Shown piece by piece: positions 53,302-63,077 of a stretch of DNA of 64,000 nucleotides. This DNA is from Burkholderiales bacterium (lineage in GTDB: Bacteria > Pseudomonadota > Gammaproteobacteria > Burkholderiales > SG8-39): assembly GCA_035689325.1 (NCBI GenBank), contig DASSLQ010000194.1, positions 499 through 64,498 on the forward strand, written 5' to 3'. The notes under the pieces are model-generated. The model was not told the origin of the DNA. It saw nothing but the letters and a program-made list of their open reading frames with translations, and did no database searches. A program made the position numbers and the translations under genes. Within the stretch, counting starts at the first letter, position 1. Every line of letters starts with the position of its first letter.

Positions 53302-54099
53302 TTACGACCCGGGGTCGGAATTCCTGCCGAGCATCAGGAAGAGTTCGAGCAGGGTCCTGAGCTGTGGCCGCAGCTCGCGCGCCAGGTCTTCGCGAAAGCC
53401 ATAGGGCGGCGCTTCGTCCATGTAGGTCGCCTCCGACAGCTCCAGCTGCACGGCGTGCACCTCGTCTGTCGGATCGCCGTAGCGCCGGGTGATGTAGCCG
53501 CCTTTGAAGCGGCCGTTCAGCACCGCGCTGTAGCCCTCGACCGATTTCGCCAGTGCTTCGCCGATACCGGGCGCGCACGACTTGCCGTCGGCGGTACCGA
53601 GGTTGAGATCGGGCAGCTTGCCGGCGAAGAAACGCGGCAGCACGGAAAAGATCGAATGCGCGTCCCAGAGCAGCGCGTAGCCGTGCTTCGCTTTGATGTC
53701 GGCGAGCGCCTGTTGCAGCCGTGCGTGATAAGGCCGCCAGTAGGTCTCGATGCGCTCGGCGACCTCTTCCTCCGAGGGTGGAAAGCCTGGGAGATAGAGC
53801 GGCTCGCGATGGAAAGTGTCGAGCGGCACGATGCCGGTCGTGTCCTGCCCGGGGTAGAGGTTGGCGTTGTCCGGCGGGCGGTTGAGATCGACGACGTAGC
53901 GCGAGTGCGTGGCAACCAGCACCGAGGCGCCGAGGTCGCTAACGAAGTCGTAGAGCCGCTCGAGATGCCAGTCCGTGTCCGGCAAGGCGCGCGCAGCGCT
54001 GCTCAGCCGCGGCGCGAGCCAGCCGGGGACATGGGTGCCGGTATGCGGCATCGAGACGAGGAGGGGCGACGTGCCCGCGCGAAAGCGGAAGAGCTCCAT
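53302..54099 (-). CDS. hutG: N-formylglutamate amidohydrolase
   Basis: This is the C-terminal 265 aa of ORF 53302..54747 ([25 protein letters not shown]...VVDLNRP...). It has an ATGA overlap with hutH. Confidence 0.9.
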   Translation of the reverse strand: MELFRFRAGTSPLLVSMPHTGTHVPGWLAPRLSSAARALPDTDWHLERLYDFVSDLGASVLVATHSRYVVDLNRPPDNANLYPGQDTTGIVPLDTFHREPLYLPGFPPSEEEVAERIETYWRPYHARLQQALADIKAKHGYALLWDAHSIFSVLPRFFAGKLPDLNLGTADGKSCAPGIGEALAKSVEGYSAVLNGRFKGGYITRRYGDPTDEVHAVQLELSEATYMDEAPPYGFREDLARELRPQLRTLLELFLMLGRNSDPGS

Positions 54100-55571
54100 C
54101 AGAGGGAGGGCAGCAGGCCGGGGACGAACTGATGGAAGGCTCCGGCCTCGATCAGCGCCTGGATCGCGGTGATATCGGGAGCGAAGTAACGGTCGTGATC
54201 GTAGAAGCCGACTTTCGAGCGCACCAGCGCGTGCACCTGCTGCAGCCGGGACGATGTTCGCAGCGGCGCCCGGAAGTCGATGCCCTGCGCCGCCGCGAGG
54301 AGTTCGATCGCCACGATGCCAGCGGTATTGGCGGCCATGTCGCCCAGCCGCCGTGCGGCGAAGGTCGACATGCTGACATGATCCTCCTGGTTGGCGGAAG
54401 TGGGCAGGCTGTCCACGCTCGCCGGGTGCGCGAGCGACTTGTTCTCGCTCGCCAGCGCGGCGGCGGTCACTTGCGCCAGCATGAAACCGGAGTTCACGCC
54501 GCCGTGCTCGACCAGGAACGGCGGCAGGCCGGAAAGCGTCGGATCGATGAGCAGCGCGACGCGCCGCTCGGCGAGCGCGCCGATCTCGGCGATTGCCACC
54601 GCGAGCGCATCCGCCGCGAGCGCGATCGGCTCGCCGTGGAAGTTGCCGCCGGACAGGATCTCCTCGCCGACGATGAGCGGATTGTCGGTAACGGCGCTCG
54701 CCTCGGTCTCGAGAACGCCGGCCGCGTAGCGCAACTGCTGCAGGCACGCCCCCATGACTTGCGGCTGGCAGCGCAGGCTGTACGGATCTTGGACGCGCGG
54801 GTCGTTCTCAAGGTGCGAGCGGCGGATCTCGCTGCCCTCGAGCAGCGCCAGATAGTGCTTGGCGACGTCCCGCTGCCCCGCATGGCCGCGCAGCTCGTGG
54901 ATGCGCGCATCGAACGGCGTATCGCTCCCGGCGGCGGCATCGACCGAAAGCGAGCCCGCCGCCACCGCGGCCGCGAATACGTCTTCTGCCGCGAACAGGC
55001 CGGCGAGCGCCAGCGCCGTCGAGACTTGCGTGCCGTTGAGCAGCGCCAGGCCTTCCTTCGGCGCGAGCTTGATCGGCTGCGGATGCTGCACATCGCCGAT
55101 GCCGAGCAGCGCGAGCGAGAGATGCGCGAGCGGCGCGAGATCGCCGGAAGCGCCGACCGAGCCCTTGGCGGGGATGCGCGGATAGAGGCGGCGGTTGTAA
55201 AGCTCGAGCAGCCGCTCCGCCAGCAATGGGCGGACGCCGGAATAGCCACGCGCCAGGCTTTCGATCTTGAGCGCGAGCGTCAACCGCACAGTCGCATCGT
55301 CCAGCAACGGTCCGGTGCCGGCGGCGTGCGAGAGCACGATGTTCCGCTGCAGCTCCTCGAGCTGCGACTCCGCAATGCGCGTCTGCGACAGCCGGCCGAA
55401 CCCGGTGTTGATGCCGTACGCGGGCTTGCCGGAGGCGAGGATGCGGCCGACTGCCGTCTCGCTCTGGCGCATGCGCTCGAGCGCTGTCGGCTCCAGCGCG
55501 AGCGGCGGCGCCTGCCGGGCGATGGCGCGCAGGTCGGCGAGCGCCAGGCGGCCGGTGCCGAGCTTGATCAC
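54099..55571 (-). CDS. hutH: Histidine ammonia-lyase
   Basis: The MIO-forming motif [14 protein letters not shown] is present. GTG 55571 overlaps the hutU stop (GTGA). Confidence 0.95.
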   Translation of the reverse strand: MIKLGTGRLALADLRAIARQAPPLALEPTALERMRQSETAVGRILASGKPAYGINTGFGRLSQTRIAESQLEELQRNIVLSHAAGTGPLLDDATVRLTLALKIESLARGYSGVRPLLAERLLELYNRRLYPRIPAKGSVGASGDLAPLAHLSLALLGIGDVQHPQPIKLAPKEGLALLNGTQVSTALALAGLFAAEDVFAAAVAAGSLSVDAAAGSDTPFDARIHELRGHAGQRDVAKHYLALLEGSEIRRSHLENDPRVQDPYSLRCQPQVMGACLQQLRYAAGVLETEASAVTDNPLIVGEEILSGGNFHGEPIALAADALAVAIAEIGALAERRVALLIDPTLSGLPPFLVEHGGVNSGFMLAQVTAAALASENKSLAHPASVDSLPTSANQEDHVSMSTFAARRLGDMAANTAGIVAIELLAAAQGIDFRAPLRTSSRLQQVHALVRSKVGFYDHDRYFAPDITAIQALIEAGAFHQFVPGLLPSL

Positions 55572-57223
55572 TTCGCGAGCGGCAGGTCGAGGCCTTGCGC
55601 GCGCGCGCAGGCGAGCGCCGCCTCGTAGCCGGCGTCGGCGTGGCGCATCACGCCGCTCGCCGGATCGTTCCACAGCACGCGCTCGATGCGCCTTGCGGCT
55701 GCCTCGGTGCCGTCGCAGACGATAACCTGCCCCGCGTGCTGCGAATAGCCCATGCCGACGCCGCCGCCGTGATGGAACGAGACCCACGTAGCGCCGCTCG
55801 CGCAGTTGAGAAGCGCATTGAGCACCGCCCAGTCCGAAACCGCGTCCGAGCCGTCACGCATCGCCTCGGTCTCGCGGTTCGGGCTCGCCACCGAGCCGGC
55901 ATCGAGGTGATCGCGGCCGATGACGATCGGCGCCTTGAGCTCGCCGCTTGCCACCATCTGGTTGAACGCCAGCCCCGCGCGATGCCGCTGGCCGAGGCCG
56001 AGCCAGCAGATGCGCGCCGGCAATCCCTGGAAGCGGATGCGCCTGCTGGCGAGGTCGAGCCAGCGCCCGAGCGCTTTGTCTTCCGGGAACAGCTCGCGCA
56101 CCTTCGCATCCGTGCGCGCGATGTCCTGCGGATCCCCGGACAGCGCCACCCAGCGGAACGGGCCTTTGCCGACGCAGAAGAGCGGCCGCACATACGCCGG
56201 CACGAAGCCCGGATAGTCGAACGCGTTTTTCACGCCCGCGTTCTTCGCCTCCTGGCGGATGTTGTTGCCGTAGTCGACGCAGGGGACGCCCATCGCCTTG
56301 AAGCCGAGGATCGCGCGCACGTGCCGGGCGATCGATTCGCGCGCTGACAGGGCAACTTCCTCCGGCTCTTTTTCTCTGAGCGATTTCCATTTGCTGAGCG
56401 ACCAGTGCTCCGGCAGATAGCCGTGCGCCGGGTCGTGCGCGGAGGTCTGGTCTGTGACCAGCGCCGGTCGGAACTGCGAGCTTTGCGCGCGCTTCAAAAA
56501 CTCGGGCACGAGCTCGGCGGCATTGCCGAGCAGGCCGATGGAAATCGACCGGCCCGCCTGCTGCAGCAGGGCGGCGGCCTCGTCCACGGTTTTCGCCTGC
56601 GCGTCGAGATAGCCGGTCTTGAGCCGCATGGCGATGCGCTCTGGATCGCATTCGATCGCGATCATCGACGCGCCGTTCATCGTCGCCGCGAGCGGCTGCG
56701 CGCCGCCCATGCCGCCGAGCCCGGCGGTAAGGATCCATTTCCCCGACCAGTCGCCAGCGCAATGCTGGCGCCCGGCTTCGGCGAACGTCTCGAACGTGCC
56801 CTGCACGATGCCCTGGCTGCCGATGTAGATCCAGGAGCCCGCGGTCATCTGCCCGTACATCATCAGGCCCTTGCGGTCGAGCTCGTCGAAGTGCTCCCAG
56901 GTCGACCAGGCCGGAACCAGATTGGAGTTGGCGATGAGCACGCGCGGCGCATCGGCATGCGTGCGGAAGACGCCGACGGGCTTCCCCGACTGGACGAGCA
57001 GCGTCTGGTCGGCCTCGAGGCGCTTGAGAGCGGCGACGATCGCGTCGTAGCACTCCCAGTTGCGAGCGGCCTTGCCGATGCCGCCATAGACGACGAGCTC
57101 CTCGGGTCGCTCGGCGACCTCCGGATCGAGGTTGTTCATCAGCATGCGCAGCGGCGCTTCGGTGAGCCAGCTCTTCGCCGAGAGCTGGGTGCCGCGCGGG
57201 GCGCGGATGACGCGGGGCTGCAT
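55568..57223 (-). CDS. hutU: Urocanate hydratase
   Basis: The 551-aa product has [17 protein letters not shown] and [22 protein letters not shown]. Confidence 0.95.
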   Translation of the reverse strand: MQPRVIRAPRGTQLSAKSWLTEAPLRMLMNNLDPEVAERPEELVVYGGIGKAARNWECYDAIVAALKRLEADQTLLVQSGKPVGVFRTHADAPRVLIANSNLVPAWSTWEHFDELDRKGLMMYGQMTAGSWIYIGSQGIVQGTFETFAEAGRQHCAGDWSGKWILTAGLGGMGGAQPLAATMNGASMIAIECDPERIAMRLKTGYLDAQAKTVDEAAALLQQAGRSISIGLLGNAAELVPEFLKRAQSSQFRPALVTDQTSAHDPAHGYLPEHWSLSKWKSLREKEPEEVALSARESIARHVRAILGFKAMGVPCVDYGNNIRQEAKNAGVKNAFDYPGFVPAYVRPLFCVGKGPFRWVALSGDPQDIARTDAKVRELFPEDKALGRWLDLASRRIRFQGLPARICWLGLGQRHRAGLAFNQMVASGELKAPIVIGRDHLDAGSVASPNRETEAMRDGSDAVSDWAVLNALLNCASGATWVSFHHGGGVGMGYSQHAGQVIVCDGTEAAARRIERVLWNDPASGVMRHADAGYEAALACARAQGLDLPLAK

Positions 57224-57229
57224 GGCGCA

Positions 57230-57245
57230 ATGCTAGCGCTAGAAT
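57230..57245. promoter_or_regulatory. Back-to-back -10-like hexamers around the 10-bp palindrome CTAGCGCTAG
   Basis: On the - strand, TAGCAT 57235-57230 is followed by 6 nt and ATG 57223 (hutU), with no Shine-Dalgarno sequence. On the + strand, TAGAAT 57240-57245 is followed by a normal leader with GGGGGAG before ATG 57273. Confidence 0.35.
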
Positions 57246-57272
57246 GGCGCGTCCATCGCGGGGGAGACCGAT

Positions 57273-58202
57273 ATGAAATGGCTGGCTTTGATTGCCGCCG
57301 CGGGCGTCGCGTTCGGCGCCCAGGCGCAGGAAAAAGTGGTGCTCGGGATGAGCGGCTGGACGGGCTTTCAGCCGCTGAAGCTCGCCGAGCTCGCCGGCAT
57401 CTTCAAGCAGCACGGCGTCGACATGGAGATCCGCTTCATCGCGCCGGTGCAGCGCTCGGCGGCGCTTGCCTCGGGCGCGCTTAATGCGGCGGCGACGACC
57501 GTGGATCAGCACATCGTCTGGACCTCCGCCGGCATCCCTACGGTGCAGGTTGCGCTCATCGACAAGTCGAACGGCGGCGACGGCCTCGCGGTGCGCAACA
57601 ACATCAGCTCGCTCAAGGAGCTGAAGGGCAAAACGATCAACGTCGATGGCCCGGGCACCGTGCAGCACTTCATGCTCTCTTACATCCTCGAGAAGAACGG
57701 GATGTCCATCCAGGACGTCACGCGCTCCACGCTCGCGGCGCAGCCGGCGGCGCAGGCCTTCGTCGCCGGGCAGGGCGATGCGGCGCTGACCTATGAGCCG
57801 TATCTCTCGACCATCCGGGCAAAGCCCGACGCGGGCAAGATCCTGGTGACGTCGAAGGAATATCCGGTGGTCGTCGACGTGCTGGTGTTCAAGAAAGACT
57901 TCATCGAGAAGAACCCGAAGATCGTAAGAGCGACGGTCGACAGCTTTTTCGAGGCGCTCGACTTGATCAAGCGCGAGCCCGACAAGGCCTACGAGATGAT
58001 GGGCAGCGTGGTGAAGCAGCCGGGCGACGCATTCGCCAAGTCTGCGGCATACATCTCGTGGCAGGACCGCGCCGCGAACAAGGCCTATTACGCCAAGGAC
58101 CACAAGCCCTTCGTCGACTTCGCGGTGCGCGTGCTGAAATCGACCAAGGTGATCGAGAAGGAGCCGAAGTCGGAAGAAATGGTCGACCTGCGCTTCCAGT
58201 AA
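57273..58202 (+). CDS. ABC transporter substrate-binding protein (NitT/TauT, NMT1-like family)
   Basis: The signal peptide is MKWLALIAAAGVAFGAQA. The 309-aa product includes GMSGWTGFQPLKLAE. Confidence 0.8.
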   Translation: MKWLALIAAAGVAFGAQAQEKVVLGMSGWTGFQPLKLAELAGIFKQHGVDMEIRFIAPVQRSAALASGALNAAATTVDQHIVWTSAGIPTVQVALIDKSNGGDGLAVRNNISSLKELKGKTINVDGPGTVQHFMLSYILEKNGMSIQDVTRSTLAAQPAAQAFVAGQGDAALTYEPYLSTIRAKPDAGKILVTSKEYPVVVDVLVFKKDFIEKNPKIVRATVDSFFEALDLIKREPDKAYEMMGSVVKQPGDAFAKSAAYISWQDRAANKAYYAKDHKPFVDFAVRVLKSTKVIEKEPKSEEMVDLRFQ

Positions 58203-58203
58203 G

Positions 58204-58974
58204 CTGGAACCGCTAAAGCCCGTCTCGCATCGCGCCCGGCTGCTGCTGGGCGCGTCGTTCTTCGCGCTGTTCTTCGCCGTCTGGGCGCTCGCCACCTTCG
58301 GCGGGCTGGTGGACGCGATGTTCCTGAAGGACCCGCTCTACACGCTGCGCACGGGCGTCAGTCTCTTCCGCGAGTTCGGCTTCAGCAGGGACGTCGGCAT
58401 CACCGTGTTCCGCGTGGTCGGCGGCTTCATTCTCGCCGCGCTGGTCGCGGTGCCGCTCGGCATCCTGATGGGCGCATATAAGCCGGTGGAAGCGTTGCTC
58501 GAGCCGTTCGTCTCCTTCGCACGCTATCTGCCGGCGTCGGCGTTCATCCCGCTGCTGATTCTGTGGGCGGGGGTGGGCGAGAAGCAGAAGCTCGCGGTGA
58601 TCTTCATCGGCTCGGTGTTCCAGATCATCCTGATGGTCGCGGTGATCGTCGGTTCGACGCGCCGAGACCTGATCGAAGCGGCCTACACCCTCGGCGCGGA
58701 TTCGGGCGCTATCGTGCGCCGCGTGATGCTGCCCGGCGCCGCGCCGCAGATCGCCGAGTCGCTGCGCCTCGTGCTCGGCTGGGCATGGACCTACGTGATC
58801 GTCGCCGAGCTGGTCGGCGCGGAGAGCGGCATCGGCCACATGATCATGGACAGCCAGCGGTTGCTCGACACCGGGCAGATGATCTTCGGCATCTTCTGCA
58901 TCGGCGTCATCGGCCTGATTTCGGATTTCATCTTCAAGTGGGCGAACCAGCGCCTCTATCCATGGGCCTTCTGA
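58204..58974 (+). CDS. ABC transporter permease (NitT/TauT family); start codon unresolved
   Basis: The first canonical start is GTG 58309. However, TM1 (ARLLLGASFFALFFAVWALATFGG) is encoded upstream in frame, after the stop at 58150-58152. Only CTG codons are available there, the first at 58204. Confidence 0.75.
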   Translation: MEPLKPVSHRARLLLGASFFALFFAVWALATFGGLVDAMFLKDPLYTLRTGVSLFREFGFSRDVGITVFRVVGGFILAALVAVPLGILMGAYKPVEALLEPFVSFARYLPASAFIPLLILWAGVGEKQKLAVIFIGSVFQIILMVAVIVGSTRRDLIEAAYTLGADSGAIVRRVMLPGAAPQIAESLRLVLGWAWTYVIVAELVGAESGIGHMIMDSQRLLDTGQMIFGIFCIGVIGLISDFIFKWANQRLYPWAF

Positions 58975-59729
58975 TCGACGGCGTCGCGCACCAGTTTCCC
59001 GGCGTGCACGGCGGGCCGCCGACGCAGGCGCTCGAGCGCACCGGGCTCAGCGTCGCGGACAACGACTTCATCGCCGTCCTCGGGCCCTCGGGCTGCGGCA
59101 AGTCGACGCTGCTGCGCATCGTCGCCGGGCTGGAGAAGCCGACGACCGGGCGCGTGCTGCTCGACGGCCAACCCGTTACTGGTCCGGGCCCTGATCGCGG
59201 CATGGTGTTCCAGTCCTACACGCTTTTCCCCTGGCTCACGGTGGAGCAGAACATTCTGTTCGGCTCACGCGCGACGCCCGAGCGGGCGAAGCAGCTCATC
59301 GGTCGCGTCGGGCTGCGCGGGTTCGAGCGCCACTACCCGAAGATGCTTTCCGGCGGCATGCAGCAGCGCACCGCGCTTGCGAGGGCGTTGGCGAACGATC
59401 CGAAGATACTGCTGCTGGACGAACCCTTCGGCGCGCTCGACAACCAGACGCGCGCGCTGATGCAGGAGCTCTTGCTCGGCATCTGGGAAGCCGACCGCAA
59501 GACCGTGCTCTTCGTGACGCACGATATCGACGAGGCGATCTTCATGGCGAACCGCGTCGCGGTGCTCTCGGCGCGGCCGGGACGCATCAAGGCTGACGTG
59601 CGCATCGAGCTGGCGCATCCGCGCCATTACACGATGAAGACCAACGCACAGTTCTCGGCCTATAAGGCGCAGCTCACCGAGGAAATTCGAACCGAGGCAA
59701 TGAAGGCCGTCGAGATGCAGCAGGCCTGA
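58962..59729 (+). CDS. ABC transporter ATP-binding protein (NitT/TauT family)
   Basis: ATG 58962 lies within the 3' end of the permease gene. Walker A is GPSGCGKST, the signature is LSGGMQQR and Walker B is LLLDEP. Confidence 0.9.
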   Translation: MGLLIDGVAHQFPGVHGGPPTQALERTGLSVADNDFIAVLGPSGCGKSTLLRIVAGLEKPTTGRVLLDGQPVTGPGPDRGMVFQSYTLFPWLTVEQNILFGSRATPERAKQLIGRVGLRGFERHYPKMLSGGMQQRTALARALANDPKILLLDEPFGALDNQTRALMQELLLGIWEADRKTVLFVTHDIDEAIFMANRVAVLSARPGRIKADVRIELAHPRHYTMKTNAQFSAYKAQLTEEIRTEAMKAVEMQQA

Positions 59730-59754
59730 GAGGGCGCTGCGCTAAGATCGGCGC

Positions 59755-60702
59755 ATGGCGCTCGCGTTGCCGAAGATCGATGACCTGCTGTTGCTCGACA
59801 TGCACGTGCACGTCGGGCCCGAGTTTCTGCAGCGGCGCTACACCGCGCAGGCGCTGATGGAGGAGGGTCGCCGCGAGGGGTTCGGCGCGGTGATGAAGAA
59901 CCATTTCCAGCCGACGACCGCCTGGGTCGCGCAGCAGGCGCGCGCGGACGACAAAGTGAGGTTTGCGGGTGCGATCGTGCTGAACGCCGCCATCGGCGGC
60001 GTCGACGATCACGCGATCCGCTCCCTCATGTCGGGCTGGAAAGGCGATGTGCGCGCGCCGGATCCGAACCGGGGCGGGGCGGTCGTGTGGATGCCGACGC
60101 TGTCGACGGAGGCGCATCTCAACCTCTACGGCCGCCGCGAGATGCCGGAAGCCTGGGGCGTGAAGGGCAAGTACTCGCGCCTCGTGCCGATCGGCGCCGG
60201 CTACCGGCTGGATGAGACCGACGCGAAAAGCATGGCGGCGCTGGAGCGCATGCTGACGGCGCTCGCCGAGAACGATCTCACGCTCGCCACCGGGCACCTG
60301 AACGCGCAGGAGACCGTAGCGCTCGTGCGCCGCGCGCGCGCGCGCGGCATTCGCCGGATCATCATGACGCATCCGCTGTTCCAGGCGACGAACCAGGCGA
60401 TCGACATGCTCGCGAGGCTGTGGCGCGATTACGGCGCCTACAGCGAATTGGCCTTCGTGAACATCGCGATGGACCATCTCAGCTACGAGGCATACGTCGA
60501 CGTCATCCGCGCCGTGTCGCCGGAGGGCGTGATCCTCACGACGGACCTCGGTCAGGTGATGAACATGAAAGTGGCCGACGGCTGGCGCGAGTTCATGGCC
60601 GAGCTCAAGAAGCGCGGCGTGAAAGACGACGACATCGCGCGCATGGCGGTGTTGAACCCGCACCGCCTGCTCTACGGTGCGGAGCTCGCGGCACGCCTCT
60701 AG
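59755..60702 (+). CDS. Metal-dependent hydrolase-like protein (amidohydrolase/TIM-barrel type), family uncertain
   Basis: The N-terminus has DMHVHVGPE, with GHL and THP motifs later. TAAGAT lies 6 nt upstream of the ATG, and there is no Shine-Dalgarno sequence. Confidence 0.6.
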   Translation: MALALPKIDDLLLLDMHVHVGPEFLQRRYTAQALMEEGRREGFGAVMKNHFQPTTAWVAQQARADDKVRFAGAIVLNAAIGGVDDHAIRSLMSGWKGDVRAPDPNRGGAVVWMPTLSTEAHLNLYGRREMPEAWGVKGKYSRLVPIGAGYRLDETDAKSMAALERMLTALAENDLTLATGHLNAQETVALVRRARARGIRRIIMTHPLFQATNQAIDMLARLWRDYGAYSELAFVNIAMDHLSYEAYVDVIRAVSPEGVILTTDLGQVMNMKVADGWREFMAELKKRGVKDDDIARMAVLNPHRLLYGAELAARL

Positions 60703-61421
60703 CGGCCGAGGAAACTGCGCCGGATGTCGGGATGCGCGAGGAGCTCGCGCGCCGGCTCGACCAGCGTCACGCGCCCGAGTTCCAGCACCACCCCAACATC
60801 GCAGCGCTCGAGCGCCTGGCGCGCGTTCTGCTCGACCATCAGCACGGTCACGCCGTGCTGCGTCAGCTGGCGAACCCGTTCGAACACCGCCTGCATGGGC
60901 GCCGGCGCGAGGCCGAGCGACGGTTCGTCGAGAAGCAGGAGCCGCGGGCGGGCCATCAGCACCATCGCCATCTCGAGGAGCTGCTGCTCGCCGCCGGAAA
61001 GGTTGCCCGCGTCGACGTCCCAGCGCTCGCGCAGGCGCGGGAAGAGCTCGCCCATGGCAGCGGCTTCGCGCGCGAGCGCACCGCGCTTCAGGCGCCGCGT
61101 ATAGCCGCCGAGGAGCAGGTTCTCCTCGACCGAGAGCAGCGGGAAATTGCAGCGCCCCTGCGGGACGAGCCCGATGCCGGCGCGCAGGCGCTCGGGCGCG
61201 CCGAGTGGCGCCACGTCGGCGCCCTCGAAGACGACGCGGCCCGTGCGGCACGCCACGATGCCGGCGATGAGCTTGAGCAGCGTCGACTTGCCGGCGCCGT
61301 TGGCACCGATGACGGTGGTCCAGGTGCCGGCCTGGATGCGCAGGTCGACGCCGTGCAGCACGGTGTTGTCCTCGTAGCCGCCGGTGGCGGCGTGCAGCTC
61401 GAGCACCGCTCGCTCAGCCAT
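60699..61421 (-). CDS. livF: Branched-chain-amino-acid-type (HAAT) ABC transporter ATP-binding protein, LivF-like
   Basis: GANGAGKSTLL, LSGGEQQLLEMA and LLLLDEP are present. The preferred start is ATG 61421 (MAERAVLELH). Confidence 0.9.
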   Translation of the reverse strand: MAERAVLELHAATGGYEDNTVLHGVDLRIQAGTWTTVIGANGAGKSTLLKLIAGIVACRTGRVVFEGADVAPLGAPERLRAGIGLVPQGRCNFPLLSVEENLLLGGYTRRLKRGALAREAAAMGELFPRLRERWDVDAGNLSGGEQQLLEMAMVLMARPRLLLLDEPSLGLAPAPMQAVFERVRQLTQHGVTVLMVEQNARQALERCDVGVVLELGRVTLVEPARELLAHPDIRRSFLGR

Positions 61422-62178
61422 GGCCGAGGTACGACTCGATGACACGCTCGTCCTTGGCGACCTGGTCGGGCGTGCCGGCGGTGAGCAGTCGGCCGCGGTC
61501 GAGGACGAAGATCCAGTCGCAGATGTCGAAGACGAGCTGCAGATTGTGCTCGACCACGAAAAGCGTGACGCCGCGCGCGGGCATGCGCACGAGCTCGCGG
61601 CGCAGGTCCTCGATCAGCGCCGGATTCACGCCGGCGACCGGCTCATCGAGCAGCATCACCTTCGGGTCGCTCATCAGCGCCATGCCGAGCTCGAGCAGCT
61701 TCTTCTGCCCGTACGAGAGCGCCGCAGCCGGTGATGCCGCGTGCGGCGCCAGCCGGATCTCGGCCAGTACCTGCAGCGCACGCTCGCGCATGGCGCGCTC
61801 GTGGCGCCGCGTGCCGGGAAGATGGAGCGACTCGGCGAGGGCGGAATAGCCCGGCGCGGCCTGCGCGGAGGCGAGCAGATTGTCGAGCACGCTGAGACGC
61901 GCAAACACCTTGAGCTGCTGGAACGTGCGGCGCACGCCGGCGCGCGCGATCCGCACGGCCGCCATGCCCGTGAGGTCCGTGCGCTCGTCGAGTTGCACGC
62001 TGCCGCTGTCCGCGCGCTGGAAGCCGCTGATGCAGTCGAAGAGCGTGCTCTTGCCGGAGCCGTTGGGGCCGATGAGGCCGGTGATCGTCCCGGCCCGCAC
62101 CGCCAGCGACACGCCGTCGAGCGCGGTGACGCCGCGATAGCGCTTCACAATGTCGCGCACGCTCAGGACGCTGGTCAT
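61414..62178 (-). CDS. livG: HAAT ABC transporter ATP-binding protein, LivG-like
   Basis: This is the C-terminal 254 aa of ORF 61414..62610. It has GPNGSGKSTLF, LSYGQKKLLELG and MLLDEP, and an ATGA overlap with livM. Confidence 0.9.
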   Translation of the reverse strand: MTSVLSVRDIVKRYRGVTALDGVSLAVRAGTITGLIGPNGSGKSTLFDCISGFQRADSGSVQLDERTDLTGMAAVRIARAGVRRTFQQLKVFARLSVLDNLLASAQAAPGYSALAESLHLPGTRRHERAMRERALQVLAEIRLAPHAASPAAALSYGQKKLLELGMALMSDPKVMLLDEPVAGVNPALIEDLRRELVRMPARGVTLFVVEHNLQLVFDICDWIFVLDRGRLLTAGTPDQVAKDERVIESYLGHG

Positions 62179-63077
62179 CCGAGGAGCCGCCGCGGCTGGT
62201 AGAGCACGATGGCAAGGAGGATCGCACCGTAGATGAGCGAGCGCAGCTCGGGCGTGAGCCGCAGCGCTTCCGGCAGCGCGGTAAAGATCACGGCGCCCGC
62301 GACCGGCCCCCACAACGTGCCCGCGCCGCCGAGGATCACCATGGTGTGGAGCGTCTCCGTCACCGAGAAGCCGAACACGCCGGGGTCGATGTAGGTGATG
62401 AAATGGGCGTACAGAGCGCCCGCGACGGCGGCAAGCGCGCCCGAGATACAGAAAGCGAACAGGCGCGTGCGGAACGCGTCGATGCCGCACGCGGCCGCGA
62501 GCTGCTCGTCGTCGCGCACGGCGAGCATGGCGCGGCCGAAGCGCGAGTGCACGATAAGCCCCGTGAGCGCCACGGCGCAGGTGGCTGCAAAGGCGGCGGC
62601 GTAGTACCACTGCGTGCGCTCGACGACGGCGAAGCCGAGGAAACGGGCGGACGGGATATTGGGCAGGCCGAGCGAGCCGCGCGTGACATCCTCCCAGTTG
62701 AGCGCGACGAGCTGCAGAAGCAGCGTCGCGGCGAGCGTGACGATGACGAACGCGTGCCTCGAGACGCGCAGGCTCGGAAAACCGATTGCGACGCCGGCGA
62801 CGAGACCGCCGGCGGCGGCGAGCACGAGCGTCGCGGCCGTGTCCCAGCCGGCGCGCAGCGCGAGCAACGTGGCGACGTAGGCACCGATGCCGAAGAAGGC
62901 CGGCGTGGCGAGCGAAAGCAGGCCGCAGTAGCCGAGCACCAGGTTCAGCGATTGCGCGAGCACCACGTAGATGCCGGTGACCACCGCGATGTGCAGCAGG
63001 TAGGGCGACTGCACCAAAAGCGGGAAGGCGAGCACCACAAGGCCCGCGGCTGCGAACGCCGCGGTGCGGCGATTCAT
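62175..63077 (-). CDS. livM: HAAT ABC transporter permease, LivM-like
   Basis: This is the C-terminal 300 aa of ORF 62175..63791 (MNRRTAAFAAAGLVVLAFPLLVQSPYLLH...). It has an ATGA overlap with livH. Confidence 0.9.
   Translation of the reverse strand: MNRRTAAFAAAGLVVLAFPLLVQSPYLLHIAVVTGIYVVLAQSLNLVLGYCGLLSLATPAFFGIGAYVATLLALRAGWDTAATLVLAAAGGLVAGVAIGFPSLRVSRHAFVIVTLAATLLLQLVALNWEDVTRGSLGLPNIPSARFLGFAVVERTQWYYAAAFAATCAVALTGLIVHSRFGRAMLAVRDDEQLAAACGIDAFRTRLFAFCISGALAAVAGALYAHFITYIDPGVFGFSVTETLHTMVILGGAGTLWGPVAGAVIFTALPEALRLTPELRSLIYGAILLAIVLYQPRRLLG

Noticed and set aside
54068-54092. A possible second copy of the REP-like hairpin (cccgcgcgaaagcgg) inside the 5' end of hutG
   Set aside because: It matches only the short GC core. 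It lacks the flanking GTCG...CCAG arms. It lies in frame within conserved HutG coding sequence (ELFRFRAGTSP). I treat it as coincidental.
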